DNA of 64,000 nt from Eledone cirrhosa (GCA_964016885.1 OZ024747.1:65038001-65102000); one strand, 5' to 3'; shown: positions 27,185-40,232, counted from the stretch's first letter. Numbers and translations: made by a program. The notes: generated by a model from the letters alone, not told the origin.

Positions 27185-27533
27185 CATCATCATCATTTCA
27201 TCATTTCATTTTACGTCCACTTTTCCCTGCTTGCAAGGGTGGGACGGGAACTGATTTTGGCTTGATTTCTACAGCTGGATACCCTTCCTAACACCAACCT
27301 CATTTACAGTGAGTGCTGGGTGCTTTTTTGCCGTGGCACCTCCACGACCACTTTGCAGTGGAATGATATGGACCCCAGTCCCTATCATCTCATTTCTACA
27401 GCTGAGTAAACTGGAGCAATGTGAAATAAAGTATCTTGCTCAAGGAAACAACACATCACCCCGGTCTGAGAATTGAACTCACAACCTTTCGATTACAAGG
27501 CCAATGCTCTAACAACTAAGCCATGTGCCTCCA
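27185..27533 (-). mobile_element. SINE family B (tRNA head + RTE-derived body and tail)
   Basis: Head GGAGGCACATGGCTTAG.TGTTAGAGC..GAGTTCAATTC; tail CCCACCCTTGCAAGCAGGGAAAAGTGGACGTAAAATG(ATG)n. Confidence 0.9.
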
Positions 27534-27551
27534 TATATGTATGTATATATT

Positions 27552-27664
27552 TATGAAAACATTCAGGACCCCCATGGCTGAGTTCCAGCTATTTCAATAG
27601 CTAGATCTGATCTAGCTGTTGAAATGGCCCGAGCTCAGCCATCGGTGTCTTGAATTTTTTCATA
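27552..27664. repeat. palindrome, same family as 2527-2652
   Basis: CAGGACCCC..GCTAGATC-T-GATCTAGCTGTTGAAATGGCC. Confidence 0.75.
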
Positions 27665-27839
27665 TTACTCACTCTACTACCTAAAGTATTGTGTACTCAA
27701 GGAGACAACAAGCAGAGGTACAAAAAGTCTTATTAGTTTCACGCTTTATATTGAAAAGAGGAAAGAAAGTTTGATGTGTTGGGATTTAGCCCTTCTTGGG
27801 GCGTACAAAATAGTAACAGATATATATATACAAAGAAGA

Positions 27840-27931
<92 letters not shown>

Positions 27932-28287
27932 AACACACACATGATATATATATATATATTCTCCAGTTCACTTCTGAGCAAGGAAGATGGGGAAAAAACT
28001 TACTCAAACGCTTAATTTTAAATCTTCAATTTTTACTTTTTAATTCCTATTAATTCTTTTTAATTGTAATACTCAGCATTTGATAAGATGAATTTTAATA
28101 ATACATCGAAACCGGTAATATTTTATATACTTTATATACATTATAAAACTTTATTTTAAAAGAATTGTCCCTCTCATTTTTTCAATAATGTTATCTTTTC
28201 AATAATGTCACTTTGACGAATCAAAGAGAGGAAAAAAAAAAAGAGACCCTAAAATATATTTTCCGTGCTATTTCCAACTTCACCTTT

Positions 28288-28322
<35 letters not shown>

Positions 28323-28344
28323 TTATTTTATTTTATTTTTTTAT

Positions 28345-31300
28345 GACCATGCTGTAAAATGGAGGGGTAGAGAGGGCCCTTGAGTCTAGTAAGACATCCT
28401 CTCTAGTGCTGGTGGCACAAATAAAAGCACCCAGTCCATGCTGTAAAGTGGCACTGATGTTAGGAAGAGCATCCAACCAGTGTATCAATGCCAAAACGCT
28501 TATCAGCACAGCAACAAATAGCAACAACAACAAAATATGAAGACGTCGCATCTCAGAGTTGCAACACTTAATGTTGGCACCCTCAAAGTTAGATCTGCTG
28601 AAATAGCGGAGATGCTGGAGAGAAGGCATGTGGATGTGTGCTGTGTGCAAGAGGTGAGATGGAGAGGTGCCTCTGCAAGACTAGTCGTAGGCAAACATCT
28701 TAGCTATAAGCTTTTCTGGGTAGGTAAGGATGATGGGTTAGGGGGAGTAGGCATTTTCCTGGCTGGGAGATGGATCAATAAGACAATAGAGGTAGTTCGA
28801 GTTAGTAATCGAATAATTAAGCTTAGATAGTTGTAGGCAGGAGACTACTGACAATCATCTCTGCCTATGCTCCTCAAGCAGGCCTAGGCAAAGATGAGAA
28901 AGACTGCTTTTATGAGCAAATTTTACAAACAACCGCAATGACAGAGGACGGAGACATCGTTATGCTAGCAGGGGACTTCAATGGTCATGTTTGACAGCTC
29001 CAGGATGGTTACACTGGGGTACATGGTGGGCACAGTTACGGCTCAAGAAATAAAGAAGGAGTGAGACTTCTTGAATTTTGTGATGCAAGTACACTGACTA
29101 TTTGCAACACAAACTTCCAGAAACCTGCCAACCACCTAATAACCTACAAATCTGGTGAGCACATAAGCCAGATTGACTTCTTACTAGTTAGGCAGTGGGA
29201 CAGGCAGATAGTGTCTAATACCAAGGCATACCCTGGTGAAGAATGTACCCCCACAGCATAGGTTAGTCGTTAGTGATATCTCAGTAAGCAAGAGATGGAA
29301 TGAAACATACAGGAAGGTGTGGAGAAGAAAGGTCTAGAAGCTAAAAGACCTTTCACTAAAATACAAATTTATGAAAGCCCTTCAAGATGTGTATGACGAA
29401 AAAGAAGACGATTTAGAGACATATGACATAGATAATAACTGGAATTTCTTACGTGACAACTTACTGCAGGCTACTGATGAAACTTGTGGCTGGAGCAGAG
29501 CTCCAACCAGACATAGAGTGACCTGGTGGTGAAACAGCACAGTAGATAAGGCCATTAGAGACAAAAGACTAGCATGGAAGGCTTGGAAAAAGGGTGGGAG
29601 TAGGGAAGAATATACAGCTGCTAACAGAGAAGCTAGCCATCAGGTGTACTTAGCACGCAGGGGGGCTGAGAGTTTGCCAATGTTCTGCGACGGGAAGATC
29701 AGAGGCGTGCGGTGTTCCACATTGCAAGGCAGTGTGTCAATGCAAATCAGGATGTTGTTGGAGATAAATATGTCCGAGATGATGCCGGTGTACTTAGTGT
29801 CACGAATGATCAGAAAAAGGAGGCCTGGAAATGTCATTATGAGAGACTGATGAATGTGGAGAACGAATGGGAGAGAGAGAAATTAACCTCAGTACATCCG
29901 ACAGAGGGACCAGCTATTGAGATTGATGAATATAGGGTCCAAGAGGCGATTAAGGAAATGAAAAATGGTAAGGCTGCTGGACCAAAAGGAATAGTTGCTG
30001 AGATGCTGAAGGCATCAGGGGACATAGGCACTAAACTGGTTGCACGCATCATCAATCAGGCTATATATGGTGGTGTCATACCCAAAGACTGGTGCAGCAG
30101 TATTCTCATAAATTGCTACAAAGGTAAAGGGAATGCTCTGGAGTGGAGCAATTATAGGGGTATGAAACTGATGAATCAGGTTATGAAAGTGGCAGAAAGG
30201 ATATTAGCACAACTAATTAGAGAACGGGTCAAACTAGATGAGATGCAGTTTGGTTTTGTGCCTGGGAAGAGTGCAACAGATGCCCTCTTCTTGGTGAGAC
30301 AACTGCAAGAGAGGTTCTTAGAGAAAAATAAGCCACTATAATTAGCCTTTGTTGACCTAGAGAAGGCCTTTGATAGGGTACCCCGATCTGTCATCTGGTG
30401 GTCCCTAAGGAAACTAGGTGTTGAGGAATGGCTTGTGAGGACAGTGCAAACTTTGTACAAAGGTACTGTCAGTAAAGTCAGGGTAGGAATGGAGTCTAGT
30501 GAGGAATTCCAGATACAAGTAGGAGTACATCAAGGTTCGGTCCTCAGCCCGCTCTTGTTCATTATAGTCCTCCAAGCCATAACAGAGGAGTTTAAGACTG
30601 GCTGTCCATGGGAACTTCTCTATGCTGACGATCTGGTTCTTATAGCAGAATCAGTAGAGGAGCTAGAGAATAAATTCTGGCTATGGAAACAGCAGTTGGA
30701 AGCAAGAGGACTGAAAGTGAACCTAGCTAAGACAAAAGTGTTGATGAGTAGAAAAGAGGACAAAACTCTGATTCCGTCAGGGAAATGGCCATGTTCGATA
30801 TGCAGAAAAGGAACTGGCATAAAATGCACACAATGCAGATCCTGGGTACACAAGAGATGTAGCGGGATAGCAGGCAAACTAACAGATAGGGAGAAATATG
30901 TATGCAGTAGATGTACAGGGAAATTAGACAGTAGAAGTCGCATTGATAGACACATTTTTCAAATGCAGGCGGGTGCTATAGAAGTGGTGGATAGCTTCTG
31001 GTACCTAGGAGATCAGATTAGCATGGGAGTGGGGTGTTCCGAGGCCATAGTATCTAGAATAAGGACGGGCTGGAAGAAGTTTAGGGAGCTGCTTCCTCTG
31101 CTGACAAAGAAGGGTTTCTCCCTGCGTACGAAAGGCCGATTATATGATGCCTGTATGAGGAGCGCGATGTTGCATGGTAATGAGACATGGGCAGCGGCTG
31201 CAGAGGATATGCGACGGCTGGAGAGAAATGAGGCAAGCATGCTCCGTTGGATGTGCAGTGTCAATGTGCGTGAACGACCCAGCATGAATGAGTTGAGAGA

Positions 31301-31596
31301 GAAACTGTGTCTGAGAGGGATAGAATGTAGTGTACGGGAGAGGAGACTGAGGTGGTATGGACATGTGATGCGCATGGAGGATGACCGATGGGTAAAGAAG
31401 TGCCAGGAAATGCCAGTTGAAGGAAGACGTGGTAGAGGTAGACCACGAAAAACATGGGCGGAGGTGGTGAGAACAGACCTCAGATCGCTGAAGCTCACTG
31501 TGGAGATGACGAAGGACCGTGACAAGTGGAGAGATGCTGTGCTGAATAAGACCTGTCCCACCCTTGCAAGCAGGGAAGAGCAGATGATGACGTAAA

Positions 31597-31637
<41 letters not shown>
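28345..31637 (+). mobile_element. RTE-clade LINE, near full length, disrupted
   Basis: APE (VATLNVGTL..DVCCVQEVRW..SAYAPQ..GDFNGHV..QIDFLL), RT (QFGFVPGKS, FVDLEKAFDRVP, GVHQGSVLSPLLF, LLYADD), C-terminal RRLRWYGHV/RGRGRPRKTW, (ATG)n tail. Confidence 0.96.
28537..31595 (+). pseudogene. APE endonuclease-reverse transcriptase ORF with PHD-like finger, several stops and frameshifts
   Basis: ORF fragments 28537-28830, 29061-29261, 29712-30341 and 30435-31595 are colinear pieces of one RTE ORF. Confidence 0.92.
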
Positions 31638-32736
31638 ATCAACATAATCATGCAAAATAGCTTAGATTTAACTTTTTGTCAAAATGGTGAGATTATTAAG
31701 AAACTAATGCCAATAATTGTGCTAAGTAGTAATTTGGTCAACATCTAAATTGATATCTATAGTTAGGTGTAAAATTGGCTGCAAATACATGAATAAATTT
31801 CTATTTATTTTTTGTTATTCTCCCTTAAGCAACACTGACATTCATTGCATTTCCTTCACAAAATAGAGATATTGTTTTCCTTTTATCACGTCAACCAATT
31901 CCCATTGCTTTAAAAAATCAATTATTTTTTTTTTACATTAAAAGAAATTTCTGCCAAAAGAAACAAGTGTAATGTAATTAAATTCCATTCTGTCAACACC
32001 TGGACGTTCACAAACCTTTCTGGCAATTTTTTTTATTCTCAGTTTTGTCTTTTTCTCTTATTTATTTAGAGAATCTATCCCTATGATGTTGCATTTGAAA
32101 ATACATGCTAAAGTTCTGATTATCCTCGTCAACTTGTTATAATATTTTTAGTTAATCTGAAATCTGAAACCTACACTTCTCAATTTAAACATATTTTAAT
32201 GATTTATTTAAATCTATTTTCTTCTTTTATTGATTGTTTATCCAGAAGATCTTTAACAATGTAATTTCCACAATCCTTCCTACAATAATCTTAATATTTT
32301 AATTTAGTAAAAACTAAAAATTGTTTAAATACAACAGCTGCATTTTCAGTCCCAAATTCTTTACTTATATATATATGCATATAAATATATTTATATATAC
32401 TGCGAATGTTATATCGAATAATAATAATATTCGATTTAGACGACTATCATCATCCTTTTGTTCTAGTGACCACTAGAACAAAAGGATGACTATAGTCACC
32501 ATGAAGCTGTTTGCTTGGAAATGAATTTCTATACATATCTGTATACAGCTATGCCTGAAGCTAAATCCTAATTCTATTCTGCTAGACACCATCATTAGCC
32601 CCAGTGATGTTTGGATAGCTACAGCTTTCTAAATGTTTACCTGTAAACATACCGTGTTTCTTTAGAAATACGAAATTTATATATATATATATATATATAT
32701 AAATATATATATACATTATTATTATTATTATTGTTC

Positions 32737-33812
32737 TTTGTGTCTCAGTCATTGATGTTATTTAACTGGAAAGTTTGTTGAAATGAATATCAAGCCACTA
32801 CCTGCAGCATCAGATATTCAGGATGTATCGGAGGGTTCTTGCTGTTCCCAGCAAGCATGCCTTTTGAAGTGTTTCAAAAAGCGCGGCGGGGCCAATTTTC
32901 TTTAACCATCCCTGGAAACTCTTTGAGATAGTACCTAGTGCGCCTATGACAATCGGGACCACTTTGACTTCATGGCAGTTCCAAATCCTTTTTAACTCCC
33001 ACTTTAAGTCCTGCTATCAGTTAATTTTCTCCCTCTCCTTCTCTTGCACTCTCGTGTCGAATGGGCAGGCCACATCCACAATCAGGCAGATCTGTTTTCC
33101 TTGTCCAAAACCACCAGGTCAGGTCTATTGTGTTCCAGTTTCTTGTCCGTCTGTATCCTAAAATCCCATAGCACCTTCACCTGATCGTTTTCTATCACCG
33201 ACTCTGGCTTATGCTCATACCACTTCTCAGAATGTGGTAAATTGTTTACTTTGCATAGGTGCCAGTGGATCACCCTGCCCATCACATCATGTCTCCAGCC
33301 TTTGTAGCGAGTCTGGGCTAGGTGTTTACACTCAGATACAATGTGAGCCACAGTCTCCTCTCTCTCTCCACAGATCCTGCACAGTGGGCTAGCCTCCTCC
33401 TTGTAAATGTGGTGTTTCAGCCACTTCGTTTTGAGGGCCTGCTCTTGCTCAGTCATTAGCATTCCTTCTGTAGCCTTTTTAAGGTCTCCTCTTTTCAACC
33501 AGTTCCATGTCTGTGGATCTCTGAATTCAGTTTTCTCAAAGAAGAACCTTCATGAAGAATCCCTATGAAGGTTGTTCTTTCTCCCTGTTGTTATTTCCTC
33601 CTTGGACATCCCCTGGTCTATTGTCCTCTCTTTCAGTACAATTCTGAGCATTGGCTCCCTACTATCAGTCACGTATTTGTGTAGGTTGTTTTTCTCCATC
33701 TCAACACAGTCGTCTATGCTGATAAGACCTCTTCCACCTTCAGATCTCCTTAAGTAGAGTCTATCGACATCACTCCTCTTGTGGAACATGTTGTAGATAG
33801 TCAATAGCTTCC
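32737..33812 (-). mobile_element. 5'-truncated R4/Dong-like RLE LINE with (AAT)n tail
   Basis: RLYLRRSEGGRGL, CRICGEREETVAHIVSEC knuckle, RHD, RPDLVV..D REL motifs; (TAA)n at both ends. Confidence 0.9.
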
Positions 33813-33836
33813 TATTATTATTATTATTATTATAAG

Positions 33837-34077
33837 GGCGGTGGATTGGCAGTATCGGTAGAGGGTCGGACGCCATGCTTTCCAGCATAGTTACGTCCCT
33901 TTACGATCTGAGTTCAAATCCCGCTGAGGTTGACTTTGCCTTTCATCCTTACAGGGTCGATAAAATAAAGTACTAGTAATGCACTGGGTAATTGCTGGCC
34001 TTGTGCCTAAAGTAGAAACAATTATTATTATTATTATTATTATTATTATGATTATTATTATTATTATTATTATTATT
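33837..34077 (+). mobile_element. SINE A full copy with (ATT)n tail
   Basis: Family sequence. Confidence 0.9.
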
Positions 34078-35484
34078 CAAAATTCAGGATTAATATTATT
34101 GTTGTTTATTTATACATCTACAAACGTTTCCATGCAACCAGAATATTTCACCAATAGTGGATAAAACCAGAAAATTATCAGTTAAGTAATTCCATTATAG
34201 ATGCTTTACTCTAAACCGTAAGAGGGCATTGAGCTTAATTTATCTTACCAATAAAAATAGTGAACTAGCACACTATAACTAGTGAAGGTGCATTTGGGTT
34301 ATGTTTACAGGCAGTATGCCAAGATGAGCACTCAATGTTATTGGGGTGCAGAATATCGATAATCTAAACTATAATAAAGTAAGGAGTGCAGAACTGCATC
34401 CAGAATATTTTTTTTATCCCATTTGTAAAATAAGTTGGATTACTTTGAATAAATAATTAATGAATATTACATACTTTATCTACTAAATTTCGTTATTCTT
34501 GATTAAATATAAATAATTTTGTTGCTAATTTTAAGTTTAACTTCTTTCAAATTTTCAAATGTCAACACTTCCGGTTAGCGATCGCTTAAATAAGCATTCA
34601 TATATTTCTGTCACTAATTTTCACCTAATGCAGTTTATATATAATATCGTCTTTTTTTAATGTATCATGGATTACGTCACTGATTACATAAGACAGTGTA
34701 ACGCAGTCTTTGTTCAATTTCTGTGTATATTGTCAATTACGATTTTATTTGATGTATCCTATCTACAATCATATATACTTGCGTATAATATCAATATGCA
34801 TATTACATATGCTAGTAATAATAATTAGGGAACGAAGAATCAGTGTTACATCATATACATATTTAATCACATATTACATATATTTCACTGTCAATTAGCT
34901 CGAGGAACGATCGATTATGTTCATTCCTGACTCTGGTACCGAAAGCTCCTCAGATATTAGAAATAGATACCACCATTTTGTAAACTGCAACAAAATCTGT
35001 TGAGAGGTAACAAAGTTTGTTCAGATGATTATACATAACATTGAACGTAGATATATCTTTGGCTCCATGAAAACCTAATGTCGAAACAAACTATAATTTG
35101 TATTAGCTTTTGTGTTACTAATTATAATTATAATTATTCTGATTTAACTTCCATTGTTCCTGTCTTTGGATAACCTGCTCCATTATATTGGCAATTATTA
35201 CAACAGCCTCTCTCCATTTCATTCCATGTTACGCTAATATATATAATGAGAAAGCAGAATACAAAATCAAATAGATTTTCCATGTACGCTCTACAGTTTT
35301 GCCTCAAAGCAAATGCTATACAGATGTTAATTATATGTTGGAAAATCTGTCCAGATAAGATGTGCCTGACTTGTATAAGATCAAAGAGTTGGCTACAAAA
35401 AAAAAAAAAGGAACATTCTGGAAGAGAATTATATATTTGGCTCCATAAATATGGACAAAAAGGGATGTTTATTAGAATTGTGTA

Positions 35485-35528
<44 letters not shown>

Positions 35529-35714
35529 AGTGTGACATGGTATAAAAACAGCATGCCAAACGTTACACTAGAGCACTGAATTTTCATTTTACTGCTTCTA
35601 AATCTGCTTTTGATTACAACTTTTGTCATGCTACTTTTTATACCATATAAGTCTAATCTGTATTATGATGTCACTTTTTGCATGTTTGTATCTGGATGCT
35701 TGTAACAACATTCA

Positions 35715-35805
35715 TACTCCTGAAGATATGTAGACCAGCAGACGAATGCCCAGTATATTTATTGAGGCATGGCCAGCTGTCCTACACTGATACATTTGTA
35801 GAGTA
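35715..35805 (+). ncRNA. hammerhead motif, one core mutation
   Basis: TACTC-CTGAAGA-stem II-GATAC(for GAAAC)-ATTT-GTA-GAGTA. Confidence 0.5.
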
Positions 35806-36014
35806 AAATCATGTTATAAGTCTAAACTGGTTATTCATTCTTAATTTATAAATTTTTTTGCTCTGCAGTTTGTACCATAACAGTCCACAATGTAAGCTAC
35901 AGAGGTTGAAAAATCATACTGCTTTTGGGTTACTGATTTACCAAGGGTACTGATTAGCATTGAGCTTCTATAATCTTTACCAGGACATATAATGGCAAAC
36001 ACCAATATAACCTA

Positions 36015-36063
<49 letters not shown>

Positions 36064-36165
36064 AAATCATCATCATTATCATCATCATCATCTTCGTTTA
36101 ACGTCCATTTTCCACACTTATATATATATATATATACATATATGCTTGTATTTATGAATATATAT

Positions 36166-36486
36166 GGAGGCACGTGGCTTAGTGGTTAGAGCATTGCTCT
36201 TGCAATCGAAAGGTTGTGAGTTCAATTCTCAGACTGGGTGATGTGTTGTTTCCTTGAGCAAGACACTTTATTTCACATTGCTCTAGTTTACTCAGCTGTA
36301 GAAATGAGATGATAGGACTGGGGTCCCTATCATTCCACTGCAAAGTTGTCGTTGGAGGTGCCACGGCAAAAAAGCACCCAGCACTCACTGTAAATGAGGT
36401 TGGTGTTAGGAAGGGCATCCAGCTGTAGAATCAAGCCAGAATCAGTTCCCATCCCACCCTTGCAAGCAGTGAAAAGTGGACGTAAA

Positions 36487-36523
<37 letters not shown>
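36166..36523 (+). mobile_element. SINE B full copy
   Basis: Family sequence with (ATG)n tail. Confidence 0.92.
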
Positions 36524-36524
<1 letters not shown>

Positions 36525-36623
36525 ATGTATACATATATATGTATATTGGCAGTAGCACTAAAATATCATAATAAAAAAACTATTTTTCTTTATTTTACAC
36601 AGACACTTCGGTAGCAGTTGAGA

Positions 36624-36672
36624 ATACCAGACAGTACTGTTTCAAGATTCATTAATCTTTCATCGGTAACAT
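36624..36672 (-). ncRNA. minimal hammerhead motif (CCGATGA variant)
   Basis: ATGTTA-CCGATGA-AAGATT(AATG)AATCTT-GAAAC-AGTACT-GTC-TGGTAT. Confidence 0.6.
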
Positions 36673-37208
36673 TCAGTCAACCAGCACTAGTGACTATCTT
36701 AGTGATACTACCAATACGTTTATTGTATATAAACATATAGTATATTATATGCTTCCATATACACCCCTATTATATATGTATATATAATGTTTGGTAAAGC
36801 ACCAGTAATATCGTTTTTCTTATTCAATCAGCTAACTTTATATTATATAAGATTTCATTAGCAAAATAGTGAAAATCTTTCTTATTTTCATACATTTTAC
36901 ACAATTTTATTTTATTTCCTTTGTTTATCTAGAGATTTTACTGAATTTACAACTAAAACATAGATGTAATTTAAGTAAATCTTATGGATAGCCTCAAAAC
37001 TTATCCAGTATATTTTAATATATTATTTATTCATTTATATTTTCATTGTTTATCAAGTTAATGAATATATTGTAGATGGAATACATAGAATAACACATGC
37101 CAGAAGATTTTAAAGTAAATAAAATAAATATTAATTCATGTACGACAAATGTATACTAAGGTTGTATTAGAATTTAACAAGTAGTTTCTGTTATTAAGAT
37201 ATTTATTA

Positions 37209-37765
37209 TCAACACTATAATAAAAGCCTTGTGTATTTGTCTGTCACACACAAGAGATGACTGAGGAAGGAATATGTTGACTGAGAAAATAAGGGGTGAT
37301 AACGTGGACTGAGGAAGGAAGGGGTGGCAGCATTTAACATTCACTACACACATTGGCTGTTATGATTATGTGAGTGTTTGTATATGTGTATTTGTGTAAA
37401 TTATATTTATATATAATATTTGTGTGAGTGTATATGTGTTTGCGTGTGCATTTATTTAGAAAGATACATAGATAATAGCATTACAAACACATACGCATCT
37501 ACACATACATATATATAAACAGACACACTTAGAAAGAATAGTTATTATATACACACACATCTGTGATGACTGAGGAAGGAGGGGGAGAGAAATTATAGAA
37601 GTCCAGCATTCTAAGATTCGTCACAGCTGTGTGTTTATGTGTTTGTATCAGTTGCGTGAGTGAGCGCGAAGGAACCAACCAACCAACAAATTAATATACT
37701 CTTTTTTTATATTATATATAGATATTACAATTAGCCATCATTTTTTACAGCATGGGGCTAACTAG
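37209..37765 (+). mobile_element. non-autonomous Helitron-like element
   Basis: A|TC..ACTATAATAAAAG 5' end; TAGCC..GGCTA hairpin then CTAG|T 3' end. Confidence 0.6.
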
Positions 37766-38107
37766 TACATATATATTACTGTTTTGTTTGAATTCCATGT
37801 TGGTAGTAAGTCAGTATAGATGCTGGTATGGCTGAGTGGTTAAAAAGTACCCTTCAGAATGATGAGGTTGCTAGTTCAATCGATCTATGTGGTATTTTTA
37901 ACAAATGTCTTTACCATAGATTCTACTCTGAGTGAGTGAAATTGGCTAGACAGAAACTATGTGGATGACAGTTGGATGAACTGTGCATGTAATTCAAGGA
38001 ATACAGAGATCCTGAACAAATACTTAAGGCCCACTGTCCTAAGATTTAATGACTGGACCAATTTATTGCCTCTTCCTTCCATAATAATTTTTTATATTTT
38101 TTACTCA

Positions 38108-38830
38108 GTACATTACTGGTACTTTATTTTATCGACCCCGAAAGGATGAAAGGCAGAGCTAACCTCAGCAGGATTTGAACTCAGAATAATGGTTTCTGAT
38201 TTAGGCACAAGGTCAACAATTTTGAGGGGAGAGGAAAGTCGATTGAATTAACTCCAGTGTGATACTGGTACTTTATTTTATCGACTCCTTAAGGATGAAG
38301 GCAAAGCTAACCTCAACAAGATTTGAACTCAGAATGTAAAGGGACAAAACAATATGCCACAAAGCATATTGTCCGATGCTCTACCGATACTGCCAATCCA
38401 ACCACCCTTCTTTCCTCCATAATAGTGATTTCTAGTATCGGCACAAGGCCAGTAATTTGGAGGGAGGGGAAGTTGATTAAATCGACCCCGGTACGTTACT
38501 GGTGATTTATTTTATCGACACCATAAGGATGAAAGGCAAAGTAAACCTCAGTGGGATTTGAACTCAAATCATAAAGGGCTGTAACTCTATGTTGCAAAGC
38601 ATGACGTCCGACCCTCTGCCGATACTGTCAATCCACCGCCTTACTGCCCTCCATAATAATTGTTTCTACTTTTGGCACAAGGCCAGTAATTACCCAGTGT
38701 TTTACTGATACTTTATTTTATCGACCCCGTAAGGATGAAAGGCAAAGTTAACCTCGGCGGGATTTGAACTCAAAATGGCAAGGGCCGTAACTCTATACGT
38801 CAAAGCATGGCGTCCGGCCCTCTACCGACA
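38108..38830 (-). mobile_element. tandem cluster of ~4 SINE A copies
   Basis: Family sequence; near-TSD CTGCCCTCC(A/G)TAATAAT at 38644 and 38850. Confidence 0.88.
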
Positions 38831-39462
38831 CCGTCAATCCACCACCCTGCTGCCCTCCGTAATAATGATAATGTATTCTTATTCTTAATTCAATATAAAT
38901 AATAACGGTCATCATGTGGTCCAAATTCATGTAGAGACAACAACCAGTCTTGATAAAACAGGAACAGTGATGAATAATAATGGATTTAGTTGACTACAAA
39001 CATCACAAAATATCCATCAACATCTATGAATCAACAACTCCAAGGAAAATATAAAAACCATCAACCTATAAAAGTGTCAATGGAAAATTTATGAAAATTT
39101 TATATTAACATAGTTTTTAATTCTATTGGGTTTAAAGTGTTGTATTTTGTTGTATGACTGACATTAACAGCCATGTGTAGAGACATATAAAGTGACACTA
39201 ACTCAAACTAACAGGAAAATAACTCTAAGCACAAGCGAATCAATAGCAAATATATTCAGCCAATCCTAAAATCAAAATATAAATGACAAAACAAGCAAAA
39301 TTTTATCATTGATACAGATATAAAATGAATATGTAAATTTTAAATATGACTCCACATATCAAACATGCAGTATAGAAGCAGTGATGTCTGATAAAAATAA
39401 TTTGTATTAAAATACAGAATCATACATTATCCATAAGACATGTATATGTATATATATAAATT

Positions 39463-39638
39463 AATAAAATAATGAATAAACAAAGAAACAGTTCCTTATA
39501 TTAAAATAATTCATCATTTTACGATCGTTTCTAGGATATATATGTGTTAGAGTTGGTATGCATATTCTATAGATCTATGTACAATATTTATACAAACTAT
39601 CAGAGGGAATATACATATATTTTGGTAGATTTATCTAC
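39463..39638. mobile_element. copy of the 921-1681 fold-back family
   Basis: ACGATCGTTTCTAGGATATATATGTGTTAG..; ends in TTGGTAGATTTATCTAC, the reverse complement of 921-937. Confidence 0.8.
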
Positions 39639-39676
<38 letters not shown>

Positions 39677-39733
39677 AAACATATATGCACACACCACACA
39701 CATATATACACATAAATATATATAATACATATA

Positions 39734-39767
<34 letters not shown>

Positions 39768-39794
39768 CATATATATATATAAATATACATATAT

Positions 39795-40057
39795 TTTCTC
39801 AGACCGGGTGATGTGTTGTTTCCTTGAGCCAGACACCTTATTTCACATTGCTCCAGTTTACTCAGCTGTAGAAATGAGATGATAGGGACCCCAGTCCCTA
39901 TCATTCCACTGTAAAGTGGACGTGTAGGTGCCATGGCAAAAAAGCACGCAGCACTCACTGTAAATGAGGTTGGTGTTAGGAAGGGCATCCAGCTGTAGAA
40001 ATCAAGCCAGAATCAGTTCCCGTCCCACCCTTGCAAGCAGGGAAAAGCGGACGTAAA

Positions 40058-40088
<31 letters not shown>
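39795..40088 (+). mobile_element. SINE B, 5'-truncated
   Basis: Family sequence. Confidence 0.9.
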
Positions 40089-40089
<1 letters not shown>

Positions 40090-40201
40090 ATATACATATA
40101 CATATATACATATATACATATACATATATACATATATACATATGCATATATACGTACATATATATACATATATGCATATACATATGTATATATGCATATA
40201 C

Positions 40202-40232
<31 letters not shown>

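Noticed and set aside
36166-36235. tRNA gene (also the other SINE heads)
   Set aside because: Box A/B present but continuous with multi-copy SINE bodies; no full cloverleaf
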